Positions 19,436 through 29,843 of a stretch of DNA of 64,000 nucleotides are shown here, piece after piece; position 1 is the stretch's first letter; each line of letters starts with the position of its first letter. The position numbers were made by a program, and so were the translations under genes. The DNA is taken from the NCBI GenBank assembly GCA_963702895.1, contig OY969767.1, positions 1,696,001-1,760,000 of the forward strand, read 5' to 3'. The notes beneath the pieces were generated by a model. That model ran no database searches. It worked only from the letters and a program-made list of their open reading frames with translations, and was not told where the DNA came from. The DNA is from an uncultured Elusimicrobia bacterium. GTDB lineage: Bacteria > Elusimicrobiota > Elusimicrobia > 2-01-FULL-59-12.

Positions 19436-20461
19436 ATGAACCCACCTCTCCATTACATAGGCGTTGATATCGCCGATCAAACCTTCAGCGCAACACATTA
19501 CAGCTCAGCCGAACAAAAGTATTCCAAACATCAGACGCTCGCCAATACACCCGCCGGCTTTGAGGAATTCGAAGCCTGGTTTAAGAAACGCGGAGTCGAT
19601 TCCACCAATACCGTGGTCTGCATGGAAGCCACCGGTGTTTATGCGGAGCAGCTCTGCTACTGGCTCTGTGCCAAAGGCTATCCGGTGTCGGTGGAGGCGC
19701 CGCATAAAACCAAACGCGCCTTTCACCCCCTGGGAGCCAAAAGCGACCCCATCGATAGCCGCCAGCTCGCCGAATATGCCTGGCGCTTTTTCGATCAACT
19801 CGCGTTCTGGAAACCCTCGGAAGCCTTGATCGAACAAGTCCGTGTTCTTCTGACGACGCGCGAGCAGCTGACCGGCCAGATGACCGCCAATCAAAATGCC
19901 TTGTCGGCCATCAGCCGGAAAGTCGTTCGCACGATCCTCGCCGAACAAAGCTTCCTGGACACCATCCGCCATCTCAAAGAACAGATCAAAAAAATCGATC
20001 AGGCCTTGGATCAACTGATCTCAAACCACCCCACCATTGGCCCCATGGTGAGCTTGCTGCTCACCATCCCTGGGGTGGGCCGACTCTTGACGGCCCATTT
20101 GATGGTCATCAGCCAAGGCTTTACGCGATCCCTGGAACCCCGCCGCATCGCCTCGTATTTGGGCATGTGCCCACTCGAACACTCCAGCGGAACTTCCGTG
20201 CGCAAGAATGCAAGCTCTCGCGGGATCGGTCCGGACATCATCCGCAAGCTATTGCACCTGGCAGCCCGATCCCTTCGCACACATCATCAGCAGTTCAGGC
20301 ACTACTTTGAAAGAAAAGTACAAGCCGGAAAAGCCAAACGCTTGGCGCTCAACAACATTGCCAACAAACTCTTGCGCATTATCTGTGCCGTACTGCGCAC
20401 AAAGTCACCGTATCTTGCTGACTATAGGTCAGTCAATCCTCGGATCCTAAAAAATGCTTGA
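19436..20461 (+). CDS. IS110 DEDD recombinase/transposase
   Basis: YIGVDIA, CMEATG, KSDPIDS (DEDD), IPGVG, HSSG (catalytic Ser region); RBS AAGGAG. Confidence 0.95.
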   Translation: MNPPLHYIGVDIADQTFSATHYSSAEQKYSKHQTLANTPAGFEEFEAWFKKRGVDSTNTVVCMEATGVYAEQLCYWLCAKGYPVSVEAPHKTKRAFHPLGAKSDPIDSRQLAEYAWRFFDQLAFWKPSEALIEQVRVLLTTREQLTGQMTANQNALSAISRKVVRTILAEQSFLDTIRHLKEQIKKIDQALDQLISNHPTIGPMVSLLLTIPGVGRLLTAHLMVISQGFTRSLEPRRIASYLGMCPLEHSSGTSVRKNASSRGIGPDIIRKLLHLAARSLRTHHQQFRHYFERKVQAGKAKRLALNNIANKLLRIICAVLRTKSPYLADYRSVNPRILKNA

Positions 20462-20504
20462 CCGAGGTCATAGAAATCGGGGTGACGGCCTAAATACTTC
20501 TCGG

Positions 20505-21689
20505 CTAATTCAAGTCGTTGCTGGAAGGGGCGGTTTTGGACGGGATCTGATCGAGCGCCTCGGCGTAGCGAATGTTCTTCACGGAGTAGCTGGTTGAATT
20601 GAGCATCCCACCGGAAGGCGTGTCAAACCATACGCGCTCCTCCAAGCCATCGTAATGGTTGAATTTGCCGACGAAGACTTTCCCTTTGCGTAAGGTGAGG
20701 CGAAGGGGTGCGCCTTTTTTTTGGGCCTCAAAAAACTGGACGAGCTCGGAGTGCTTGCTTTCCTTTTGCGACGCCTGCGCCTGGCCCAATTTCGCAAAAA
20801 GCGAATTCCCCTGGACAGCGGCTTTGAGCGTGATGGGGAGGTTGGGTGTTTCCTTGAGATAGATCAAGCCATCCGCCACGGTCCCCATTTGGTAGGTCGA
20901 GGGCCACAGGGACTCGGTGGCCAGGTATTGGGCGTTGGCTTCGGCATACTGAGGATCGGACGTCGCCAGCTTCCCGGTGACGCCTCGGTCGCACTGTTCC
21001 TCTGGCACCGTGATCACATTGGGGAGAAGCTCATAAGCGTCCATCGTGTCCTTGCGCTTCTTCTTCAGAGATAAAAGATGCGCCCCCTTGTCCCCGTAAA
21101 GAAAGCACATCACATCCTTCGGCGAGAGAAGGGGAAGGGCTTTGCCGGTATTTTCAAACGCGGAAAAGATCTGGGGTCCGATCTGGAGGCCCTGGTCCGT
21201 ATTATTGGACAGCCGCACGCGGAGGAAAACAATCCCTTTATCGATGATGCCGGAGGCCGTCATCGCGTACGGACCTTGGAAAACAGTCACCGATTCATTG
21301 CCGGCAGCCGTCACGCCGGGCTTTTCCCATCCCGTGAGATCACAGACCGTCCCGAGGCGTGGCCTGCCTTTGTTGAGCTGCACTTTGACGTGACGGCTTT
21401 GACCGTCTTGTTGAACGATTTCAATGTCGGAGTCTTCCGGCGCTGCCGTGATGATGTCCGGCAGCAAAGAAGCGTTCTCAGGAACCTGACCGTTGACAGA
21501 GCGGAGCACTTCCCCGACCATGATTCCCGCTTTGGAGGCAGGCGAATCTTTGATGACACTGATGATCTGGCAGGTCTCGGGGGCCTTGGTGGGTTTGGAG
21601 ATCGGGCTCAGGCGCCTGATTTCCGGCGCGCTCGAAGCGCAACCGGTCAGCGCTGCCAAAAAGATGAACCCTGCGAGTAAGCGAAGCAC
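20505..21689 (-). CDS. PDZ-domain lipoprotein
   Basis: Lipobox LTGC; 'VIKDSPASKAGIMVGEVLRSVNGQ' PDZ signature. Confidence 0.75.
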   Translation of the reverse strand: MLRLLAGFIFLAALTGCASSAPEIRRLSPISKPTKAPETCQIISVIKDSPASKAGIMVGEVLRSVNGQVPENASLLPDIITAAPEDSDIEIVQQDGQSRHVKVQLNKGRPRLGTVCDLTGWEKPGVTAAGNESVTVFQGPYAMTASGIIDKGIVFLRVRLSNNTDQGLQIGPQIFSAFENTGKALPLLSPKDVMCFLYGDKGAHLLSLKKKRKDTMDAYELLPNVITVPEEQCDRGVTGKLATSDPQYAEANAQYLATESLWPSTYQMGTVADGLIYLKETPNLPITLKAAVQGNSLFAKLGQAQASQKESKHSELVQFFEAQKKGAPLRLTLRKGKVFVGKFNHYDGLEERVWFDTPSGGMLNSTSYSVKNIRYAEALDQIPSKTAPSSNDLN

Positions 21690-21721
21690 AGCGCTATTTT
21701 AGATTACTTTTGATCAGCGGT

Positions 21722-22012
21722 CTATTCGAGCGTGGACGTGTCCATCGGAACGCCCTTGGCTTTCAGTTCAGCGCGCCAGCGCTCTTTGGCGAGGGGCAAC
21801 TTTTCCCTCGCGAGTCGACTCCATTTGGATTCTGGCGGCACGAACAAAGTCGCCGCGCTTTCGTACCACGCGTACGCGAGCTGCGCGGAAGGCGCTTTTT
21901 CCCCCTCAAGATAAGCGTGCCGGGCGCGCAGCACCACGTCCGCACAGACGATCCCGTAAACAGCCGCCGCTCCGAGAACGGCGAGGAGGATCCTTCGGCC
22001 AAGGGGGTTCAC
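21722..22012 (-). CDS. Small hypothetical membrane-anchored protein
   Basis: N-terminal TM; overlaps the panD stop. Confidence 0.6.
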   Translation of the reverse strand: MNPLGRRILLAVLGAAAVYGIVCADVVLRARHAYLEGEKAPSAQLAYAWYESAATLFVPPESKWSRLAREKLPLAKERWRAELKAKGVPMDTSTLE

Positions 22013-22365
22013 TTCTGAGGAACGCGCTTGTTTTTGTCGTTGACGAAGACGACTTTGGGCGAGAAGGCGGGAACATCCGCTTCGTCGACCATGGACGAAG
22101 AGATGATAATGAGTTTATCGCCAATGACACCCAGGCGGGCCGCGGCGCCGTTCAAACAAATCACGCCCGAGCCCTTGGGCGCCGGGATCGCATAGGTCTC
22201 GAAGCGCTGGCCGTTATGGATATTAAAGACTTGCACCATCTCATAGGGGACAATATCGGCTGCCTCGAGAAGCGCTTGGTCCACTGCAATGCTCCCCTCA
22301 TAAGTGAGGTTCGCCTCGGTCACGGTGGCCCGGTGGATCTTCGATTTGCACATCCAACGCATCAT
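22009..22365 (-). CDS. panD: Aspartate 1-decarboxylase
   Basis: [14 protein letters not shown] cleavage site, [18 protein letters not shown]. Confidence 0.96.
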   Translation of the reverse strand: MMRWMCKSKIHRATVTEANLTYEGSIAVDQALLEAADIVPYEMVQVFNIHNGQRFETYAIPAPKGSGVICLNGAAARLGVIGDKLIIISSSMVDEADVPAFSPKVVFVNDKNKRVPQK

Positions 22366-22442
22366 GGTTGAATTATACCCTTAAAAAGGCCATCCCTCGT
22401 CCGTCTCCAGGCGAGGGATGTGTTGACGTTAGGTTCTGGCGC

Positions 22443-22784
<342 letters not shown>

Positions 22785-23027
22785 TTAGGTTGGGAAGTTA
22801 CGCCGAATAACCCCGCCAAAATACTACAAATCGACCAGATGTGTCAAAGCGCGAGCATTTCAATCGATATCGATCTTAGACTGCGAAGTAGTGCGCTCGG
22901 TGTGCTTCAGCCACATTGCTGTGGCACTACAGTCCCATTTCCGTCTATGAAATATACCGATTGACTTGGTGATGTACCCATAGCGCGCGTTGCGAGGAAT
23001 GATAACAAGTGATACGCTTAGACTACG

Positions 23028-23624
23028 ATGCTGAAAGGATTGATGACTCTATCATTGTGTCTGGGTCTAGCATTGGACACTTGCCATGCGGAAGGGCAAT
23101 CAAAAAACAAAAACGACTACTCGTTTGAAGGTATGGCCACGCAGGACCATGCTTTTTCCTATGAGTTTGCTGGAGGCTTAGTTTTCAATCTGATTCCCCA
23201 AGATGGAGGTTTCATAATCTCGGTTTTTCCAAAAGATCATCCGGAGCATGATTATTCTCGAGTCATAACACCACGTTCGCAACTAAACATATCAGCCAGC
23301 ACGAGACTTCCCCCGCCACCCTCATTGGATCTTAATCCGCAAGTGATGCCCCGATTGTCCACCACCGTTGATAGTCAGTCTATATCTTTTCTCTTCGTCC
23401 GGGATGAAGCCGAATATGCTGATTATCTTGAGGCTGGTCGCGCACGCAAGATGAAATATGAAAAGCCATGGATGCGTCGCATGGCGTCTGCAGCGCATGG
23501 ATGGCTACGGTTCGACGAACTTGATCGTGACGATCAGAGTATGCCATTGATTATCCGCCGGTTGAAATTTCACGGTGTCCTCTCGATGAACAAAAGACAG
23601 GCAATTGAGTCTTCGCCAAAATGA
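23028..23624 (+). CDS. Hypothetical exported protein (lower GC than neighbours)
   Basis: 198-aa ORF with signal-peptide-like N-terminus; no recognised motif. Confidence 0.55.
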   Translation: MLKGLMTLSLCLGLALDTCHAEGQSKNKNDYSFEGMATQDHAFSYEFAGGLVFNLIPQDGGFIISVFPKDHPEHDYSRVITPRSQLNISASTRLPPPPSLDLNPQVMPRLSTTVDSQSISFLFVRDEAEYADYLEAGRARKMKYEKPWMRRMASAAHGWLRFDELDRDDQSMPLIIRRLKFHGVLSMNKRQAIESSPK

Positions 23625-23716
23625 GCCACTGATTCTAGCCCCTAAGAAGACAATCCACTCATTTGCACCTATCTGTTATTGTCATCAACCCTCGTATTCA
23701 CGCAACAAGCAACTAA

Positions 23717-23859
23717 CAGGCTGCCGAAAAAGGGTATCAATGCTTCTATTGACGTCACCCCGGCGGAAGCCGGGGTCCAGTACACCGACAATATTCTGGA
23801 TTCCGGCTTTCGCCGGAATGACGGCTTTAAGCCCTCCGGAAGGGTTTTTCGGCAGCCTG
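23717..23859. mobile_element. Probable MITE with 15-bp terminal inverted repeats enclosing a REP-like palindrome
   Basis: CAGGCTGCCGAAAAA ... TTTTTCGGCAGCCTG flanked by CTAA/CTAG. Confidence 0.65.
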
Positions 23860-23863
23860 CTAG

Positions 23864-24066
23864 GTTTCTTGGCGAGTGGGGGCGGGTGAACTCTGAAGCG
23901 ACTGGTGGATTGAGTGAGCAAAGCCCGGCTTATGGGAGCTCGTATTCCGAATCCCGTGTGTGGGTTCGGAGACGAGCGGCCGGGCTGGCGGAACGACACG
24001 CCAGAAGTCTGGCGGGGCAATCCACCCCGGAGCGGAAGAGTTCACATGCCACCGCTCGACAGAAGC
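23864..24066 (+). ncRNA. Putative rod-folding structured non-coding element, copy 3 (6S-like dimensions)
   Basis: Nested stems GTGAACTCT/AGAGTTCAC, GGTGGATTG/CAATCCACC, AGCCCGGC/GCCGGGCT, GCTCGT/ACGAGC, TCCGAATCC/GGGTTCGGA; G-U wobbles favour the plus strand. Confidence 0.6.
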
Positions 24067-24074
24067 AAAGAGGT

Positions 24075-24815
24075 CTAAAGGCTTTTGAGGTATTCGCGGT
24101 TGAGTTTCGCGATGAAGTCCACCTTGATCTCTTTCGGGCAGACCGCTTGGCATTCGGATTGGTTGGAACAGTTGCCAAAGCCCTCGTGGTCCATTTGTGC
24201 CACCATGCGACGGACGCGGTCTTGGGCCTCCATCTTCCCCTGTGGCAGGCTGGCCAGATGCGTCACCTTGGCAGCGACAAAAAGCATCGCCGAAGCGTTT
24301 TTACAGGCCGCTACACAAGCGCCGCAACCAATACACTGGGCGGCATCCATCGCCCGGTCCGCGCTCGTTTTGGCGATGGGTGTGGCGTTGGCGTCTGGCG
24401 CGCCACCCGTATTGACGGAAATAAATCCCCCCGCCTGAATGACCCGGTCGAGCGCACTGCGCTCACAAACGAGGTCTTTGATCATGGGAAAGGCTTTGGC
24501 GCGCCAGGGTTCTATCGTAATCGTGTCGCCATCCTTAAACTTGCGCATATGGAGTTGGCAGGCTGCCGTTCCCGACTGATACTGAGCGCCATGCGGCACA
24601 CCATTAATAACCAGCGCGCACGTCCCGCAAATCCCCTCGCGACAATCCGAATCAAAGCTGATCGGCTCCTGGCCCGTGGAGGTGAGCTCTTCATTGACCA
24701 CATCGAGCATTTCCAGGAACGACATATCCGGCGAGATGTTCTTGGCGGAATATTCCACGAGGGAACCCGATGCCTGGCCCTGCTTTTGACGCCACACCTT
24801 TAGAGTTAAATTCAT
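24075..24815 (-). CDS. sdhB: Succinate dehydrogenase/fumarate reductase Fe-S subunit
   Basis: [22 protein letters not shown]....EC..VCP. Confidence 0.95.
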   Translation of the reverse strand: MNLTLKVWRQKQGQASGSLVEYSAKNISPDMSFLEMLDVVNEELTSTGQEPISFDSDCREGICGTCALVINGVPHGAQYQSGTAACQLHMRKFKDGDTITIEPWRAKAFPMIKDLVCERSALDRVIQAGGFISVNTGGAPDANATPIAKTSADRAMDAAQCIGCGACVAACKNASAMLFVAAKVTHLASLPQGKMEAQDRVRRMVAQMDHEGFGNCSNQSECQAVCPKEIKVDFIAKLNREYLKSL

Positions 24816-24874
24816 CGCGAGCTTCTCTCTTTGCCGTCATCCCCCCCGGCTAACAATCCGCCGGGGTGACATCC

Positions 24875-26785
24875 TTATTTATAGCTCCTCGTTGCCAAAT
24901 GGACCTCTTCGAACTGCAGCGGCTCTTTATGCAGGACCGCGGGCTTTCCGAGACCGGCGTACTGCCAGGCACCGACGTAGCAGTAATTCGCATCATCACG
25001 CTTGGCCTCGCCGTCCTCGGTCTGATGCTCTTCGCGAAAATGGCCGCCGCAGGATTCATTCCGGTGAAGCGCGTCCTGAACGAGGAGTTCCGCAAACTCG
25101 AGGAAATCCGCGACCCGCCCGGCGCGATCGAGCGTCCGGTTGAATTCTTTGTCCTCCCCCGGCACATGGACATTCTTCCAAAACTCTTCACGGATCTCGG
25201 GGATCCTGGCGAGGGCTTTTTCCAGGCCACTTTTGTTCCGTGCCATGCCACAGTATTCCCAAAGCAAGTGCCCGAGCTCCCGGTGGAACGAGGTCACGGT
25301 GCGCTTGCCCTTGATGGAAAGAAGCCTGCGAATACGGTCCTGGACCTCGTGTTCCGCTTTTTTGAACTCCGGATGATCGGTCGTGATCGAGGACCTCTTG
25401 AGCGTGGCTAAATAATTCCCGATCGTATTCGGGAGCACGAAATAACCATCCGCAAGGCCCTGCATCATGGCGCTGGCACCCAGGCGATTGGCTCCGTGGT
25501 CGGAGAAGTTGGCTTCGCCAATCACGTGGAGCCCTGGGAGGCTGCTCATCAGGTTGTAATCCACCCAGAGGCCGCCCATCGTGTAGTGCACGGCGGGATA
25601 GATCCGCATGGGGTTCTGATAGGGGCTCTCGCCCGTGATGCGCTCATACATGTCAAAGAGATTGCCGTAGCGGGCTTGGACCGCGGGCACCCCCAGGCGC
25701 TTGATGGCGTCGGACAAATCCAGATAGACGCCGCGCCCGCCGGGTCCCACCCCCAAGCCTTCATCGCAAACAAGCTTCGCCGCCCGTGAAGACACGTCGC
25801 GCGGCGCGAGGTTCCCATAGGTGGGATATTTTCTCTCCAGATAATAATCGCGCTCACTTTCCGGGATATCCTTCGGCAAACGCGTGTCCCCCTTTTTCTT
25901 CGGCACCCAGACGCGCCCGTCATTGCGAAGCGATTCCGACATGAGCGTGAGCTTGGACTGGTGATCGCCTGAGACTGGAATGCAGGTGGGGTGGATCTGG
26001 GTGTAACAGGGATTGGCAAAGCACGCGCCTCTCTTATAGGCCTTAAACGTCGCCGACACATTACAACCGAGAGCGTTGGTCGAAAGATAATAGGCGGCGC
26101 TGTAACCTCCCGTGGCGAGCACCACGGCGCTTGCCACATGGGATTCGATTTTCCCCGTCACCAGATTTCGTGTGACGATGCCCCGCGCCTGGCCGTCGAT
26201 CACCACCAAATCCTGCATTTCCGTTTGCGGATGCATCTGGACACGGCCCAGAGAGATTTGACGCGAGAGCGCCTGATAGGCTCCCAGGAGCAACTGCTGG
26301 CCCGTTTGCCCGCGCGCGTAAAAGGTCCGGGAGACGAGCGCCCCCCCAAAGGAGCGGTTCCCCAGAAACCCGCCATACTCGCGGGCAAACGGCACCCCCT
26401 GCGCGACGCATTGGTCAATGATGTGATTGGAAACCTGGGCCAGACGATAGACGTTGGCTTCGCGCGACCGGAAGTCCCCCCCTTTGATGGTGTCAGAGAA
26501 GAGCCGGAAGACACTGTCCCCGTCATTGGGATAGTTTTTGGCAGCGTTGATGCCGCCTTGGGCTGCGATCGAGTGTGCGCGGCGCGGACTGTCCTGGAAA
26601 CAGAAACAAGACACCCGGTAGCCAAGCTCAGCAAGCGACGCCGCGGCGGAGGCGCCGGCAAGGCCCGACCCCACGACAATCACACTGTAACGTCGTTTGT
26701 TGGCAGGGCTCACCAGCTTCATCTCAAATTTGTGCTTGTCCCATTTCTGGGCGATGGGACCGGAGGGAATTTTTGATTCAAGCAT
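24875..26785 (-). CDS. sdhA: Succinate dehydrogenase/fumarate reductase flavoprotein
   Basis: [43 protein letters not shown]. Confidence 0.96.
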   Translation of the reverse strand: MLESKIPSGPIAQKWDKHKFEMKLVSPANKRRYSVIVVGSGLAGASAAASLAELGYRVSCFCFQDSPRRAHSIAAQGGINAAKNYPNDGDSVFRLFSDTIKGGDFRSREANVYRLAQVSNHIIDQCVAQGVPFAREYGGFLGNRSFGGALVSRTFYARGQTGQQLLLGAYQALSRQISLGRVQMHPQTEMQDLVVIDGQARGIVTRNLVTGKIESHVASAVVLATGGYSAAYYLSTNALGCNVSATFKAYKRGACFANPCYTQIHPTCIPVSGDHQSKLTLMSESLRNDGRVWVPKKKGDTRLPKDIPESERDYYLERKYPTYGNLAPRDVSSRAAKLVCDEGLGVGPGGRGVYLDLSDAIKRLGVPAVQARYGNLFDMYERITGESPYQNPMRIYPAVHYTMGGLWVDYNLMSSLPGLHVIGEANFSDHGANRLGASAMMQGLADGYFVLPNTIGNYLATLKRSSITTDHPEFKKAEHEVQDRIRRLLSIKGKRTVTSFHRELGHLLWEYCGMARNKSGLEKALARIPEIREEFWKNVHVPGEDKEFNRTLDRAGRVADFLEFAELLVQDALHRNESCGGHFREEHQTEDGEAKRDDANYCYVGAWQYAGLGKPAVLHKEPLQFEEVHLATRSYK

Positions 26786-26966
26786 TAACTTGTCTCACTC
26801 TTGATGTCATCCCGGCGGATTGTAAGCCGGGATCCATCATGATAGACCCCGGGTCTCCACAAGCCCGGCGACCCTCCGCCACACGACAGGCGGAGAGCGC
26901 CGGGTGTGTGGCGCTCGGCCCGCCGGACGTCTGGAGGGCCGGCTTTCGCCGGGGTGACGCCTTTAT

Positions 26967-27635
26967 TCACTTCACTATCCCCAGCCAGACGCTCAGTGGG
27001 ATGGAAGCATAGCCAAGAAAAATGCTGTAGCCGATCGCTTGAGCCACCATTCGCCACTTGGACCGAACGCTCTCGTGAAGGATGCCGAGAGACTGCAACA
27101 TGCTATAGAGACCATGCGACATATGAGCGCCCAGGAGTAGATTCGCCACGATGTAGAGCAGCGTAATGAGCGGTTGCTGGAAGCTCAACACGACCATTCG
27201 GTAGACATCGGGGCGCCCTTGGGCGTCCAGGGCATGGCTCAATTGAGGGTGAACGATGTGAAGCGTGAAGTGGGCAATATGGTAGAGCAAAAAAGCCAGG
27301 ACGATGAACCCCGAAAGATACATGGTCCGTGATGCATAAGAAGCCTTGATATAAGTCCTGTTCGCGTACGCCTGTGGCCGGGCCGCGCGGTTCTCAAGGG
27401 TGAGGCTGACCGCCGTCAAGATGTGGACCCCGGTGAGCGCGATGAGCCCCAGACGGGCCGCCCAAAAGAATTCCCCAAAGGTCCGAAGAAGAGCGGCGTA
27501 TCGGTTCAGCGACTCCGGACCAAAGAAAATCCGAAGATTCCCCACCAGATGCATCACGATAAAGCCGAAGAGGGCCAGGCCAGAGATGGCCATCAGGTAC
27601 TTCTTACCGGTGGAAGTGAAGAAATAACGGATCAC
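26967..27635 (-). CDS. sdhC: Succinate dehydrogenase cytochrome b558 subunit
   Basis: KKYLMA.SG, heme His residues in five TM helices, QSLG; upstream of sdhA. Confidence 0.92.
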   Translation of the reverse strand: MIRYFFTSTGKKYLMAISGLALFGFIVMHLVGNLRIFFGPESLNRYAALLRTFGEFFWAARLGLIALTGVHILTAVSLTLENRAARPQAYANRTYIKASYASRTMYLSGFIVLAFLLYHIAHFTLHIVHPQLSHALDAQGRPDVYRMVVLSFQQPLITLLYIVANLLLGAHMSHGLYSMLQSLGILHESVRSKWRMVAQAIGYSIFLGYASIPLSVWLGIVK

Positions 27636-27682
27636 AATCGGGGCTCATTTTAAACATTTTTCCAAGCACAAGCTACTCGAGG

Positions 27683-27857
27683 GGTTCGATGAGCCGTGGG
27701 TCATCAATCTTGCCGGAGTTAACCTGCGGCGACACTTCATAGGCCCTCATCGGAGGGGAGGGGTAGGGAGCGAGCAGCCTGTTGTAGTCGGACGGCTTGG
27801 AAGCGGGATCCAGCCACGCCCCTTCCCGTTCCCTGGGAATGATAATCGGCATCCGGT
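27683..27857 (-). pseudogene. Duplicated 3' fragment of the SRAP gene (175-bp direct repeat of 28809-28983)
   Basis: Near-identical DNA encoding RMP..IPRERE.AWLDP...VNSGKIDDPRL.EP. Confidence 0.85.
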
Positions 27858-28065
27858 TAAGGGAGGATTTCCTGCGTTCTCGCCTTAGCTCTCTCGCAAT
27901 CTTCGCCACTTGTGCCGGACACGATGACAGCCAAGGTCGACGTGGGACTTAAGTCCCTTATTCACACCATTATGAGCCTCTAGACCCTTCCCAATTAACC
28001 TGTTCTTAACAGTGGACTGATATTTTTTATATATATTGCTCTATCAGTAGACTCGAGAGGAGACT

Positions 28066-28734
28066 GTGATGACGAGATATCAATGGACAGGGCTGGCCAC
28101 CTTCATATGGACCTTGGTTCTCGCCGGACCGGTGCAGGCGGCGAAGACCTATGGCAGTGTGATGACCGGATACTATGGAGGGCTGGGTTTTCTGGGCACG
28201 GTGGGGATCCGGGACTTTTTGCAAGATTCCACCCTGCGAGCCGAGTTTGGGATTGGATACTCGTTCGTGGATGCTGGCGAGCCCATGGCGGCACGCCGCG
28301 TATTCATCAATAATGCGACGAACGGCACCCCGCAAGAGTCGGGATCGGTCTGGAGTTTCAATCTGGATGTGGCGTATCCTCTGAAGCTCCGTAAAGGCCC
28401 CAAAGAGTTATTGGTTTTTGGCGGTATCCGCCACGCGCGATTCAAGGGCCATTTCGATTATGTGGGTGGCAATGAAGAATTTGATGTCACCAGTAACCCC
28501 TGGGGCTTGGGGGCTGGTGTGAAGGCCCTTTTTCCTCTCAACAAAAGCGTGCAAGTCGTTGTCTCAGGCGGGCTCGACTTTTTCTTTCGAGCGGCCATCT
28601 CGGGGCACGATACCACCTACAGTCCGGATAACAATAATATCAATCCGAAGGAGAACTACACCTATTCGGATGCGACCGATGCCGTCAATGTCCCGCGTTT
28701 CCGGCCCAGCATCATGATCGGACTTCAGTTCTAG
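28066..28734 (+). CDS. Outer-membrane beta-barrel protein (8-strand OmpA/porin-like)
   Basis: Signal peptide, amphipathic beta strands, C-terminal 'IGLQF'; RBS GAGGAG. Confidence 0.75.
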   Translation: MMTRYQWTGLATFIWTLVLAGPVQAAKTYGSVMTGYYGGLGFLGTVGIRDFLQDSTLRAEFGIGYSFVDAGEPMAARRVFINNATNGTPQESGSVWSFNLDVAYPLKLRKGPKELLVFGGIRHARFKGHFDYVGGNEEFDVTSNPWGLGAGVKALFPLNKSVQVVVSGGLDFFFRAAISGHDTTYSPDNNNINPKENYTYSDATDAVNVPRFRPSIMIGLQF

Positions 28735-28789
28735 AGGGATAAGGACCCGGCACAAGGTTGCGATAGACTCGCCCGTTCGACCAGGGACT

Positions 28790-29434
28790 TCACGGCTCTT
28801 TCTTCACTGGTTCAAGGAGCCTTGGGTCATCGATCTTGCCGGAGTTAACCTGCGGCGACACTTCATAGGCCCTCATCGGAGGGGAGGGGTAGGGAGCGAG
28901 CAGCCTGTTGTAGTCGGACGGCTTGGAGGTGGGATCCAGCCACGCCCCTTCCCGTTCCCTGGGAATGATAACCGGCATCCGGTCGTGGACTTGGGCGACA
29001 AGCTCATTCGCCTGGGTCGTGATGAGGCAAAAGGTCCCCTCCCCGTAGACGCCGGCGATGCCGAAGAGCTCATCCTGGACCAGGAACCTGTAGGGCACTT
29101 TCCTTCCGGCGGCGCCTTTCCACTCATAGAAGCCATCCGCCGGGACAAGACACCGGGCGCCTTGCAGATATTTTTTAAAGCTCGCCCGGTTTTGAAGGGT
29201 TTCCGCTCGAAGGTTCACGAGCGTCATCTTCTTATCTTCCGTTGACCAGGGCGGGACAAAGCCCCACCTCATCCATTCCATCTGGGCCTGGGCAGGGCCC
29301 CTCCGAACGATCACGGGCACCTCTTGAGATGGCGCAATGTTGTAGCGCGGCGGAGTAATTTTCGTGGTGGGGGCTACGGCAAAGCGCTGGGCCACCTGCA
29401 GGAGATCGCGTGCCATGGTGAAGCGACCGCACAT
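28790..29434 (-). CDS. SOS response-associated peptidase (SRAP/YedK/HMCES) abasic-site protein
   Basis: True start MCGRF (ATG 29434); YNIAPSQ, WG, NLRAET, GFYEW, HDRMP. Confidence 0.93.
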   Translation of the reverse strand: MCGRFTMARDLLQVAQRFAVAPTTKITPPRYNIAPSQEVPVIVRRGPAQAQMEWMRWGFVPPWSTEDKKMTLVNLRAETLQNRASFKKYLQGARCLVPADGFYEWKGAAGRKVPYRFLVQDELFGIAGVYGEGTFCLITTQANELVAQVHDRMPVIIPREREGAWLDPTSKPSDYNRLLAPYPSPPMRAYEVSPQVNSGKIDDPRLLEPVKKEP

Positions 29435-29680
29435 GCCTTTATTATAGGGGATAAGGGGACAAACCGGGAATCTGCAGTTGTCGTCATCCCGGTGAAAACC
29501 GGGATCCAGTCCATCGTCGATGTACTGGATACCGGGTCTCCACAAGTCCGGCGACCCGGCCCGCCGGGCGTCTGGAGGGCCGGCTTCCGCCTGTATGACG
29601 GCACTAAAAAGACCAGACATGTCAGTCGATTAACCACGGTCAACCGAACTTTTCGGGCTAACGGCAGAGGGGATAAGCAG

Positions 29681-29837
29681 GTGTAACGGAGTGTCGGGGT
29701 ACCGGAGTATCGAGGTACCGGAGTGTCGGGGTATCGAGGTATCGGAGTAATGGCAAGAGATCGGTTGTTATGATTTCGAACAGTTTCCTTGGTGTTACAC
29801 CGATACTCCGGTACTCCGTTACTCCGATACTCCGATA
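29681..29837. repeat. Inverted pair of 8-mer tandem repeats (CGGAGTAT)n ... (ATACTCCG)n
   Basis: Direct reading; the same unit occurs in frame at 34456-34538, 35428-35510 and 56359-56429. Confidence 0.85.
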
Positions 29838-29843
29838 GAGGGC

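Larger units (their letters stand above)
19231..20478 (+). mobile_element. IS110-family insertion sequence inserted in a REP-like palindrome
   Basis: Flanks rejoin to ccccggctttcgcc|ggggtgacg, the intact repeat seen at 26941-26959 and 49209-49231 (minus). No TIRs; ~200-nt non-coding left end. Confidence 0.9.

Noticed and set aside
23679..24803. 374-aa plus-strand ORF
   Set aside because: Runs across the MITE and rod element and antisense to sdhB; no protein signature.
29681..29837. Possible CRISPR array
   Set aside because: Units are 8 nt with no unique spacers, and there are no cas genes in the window.
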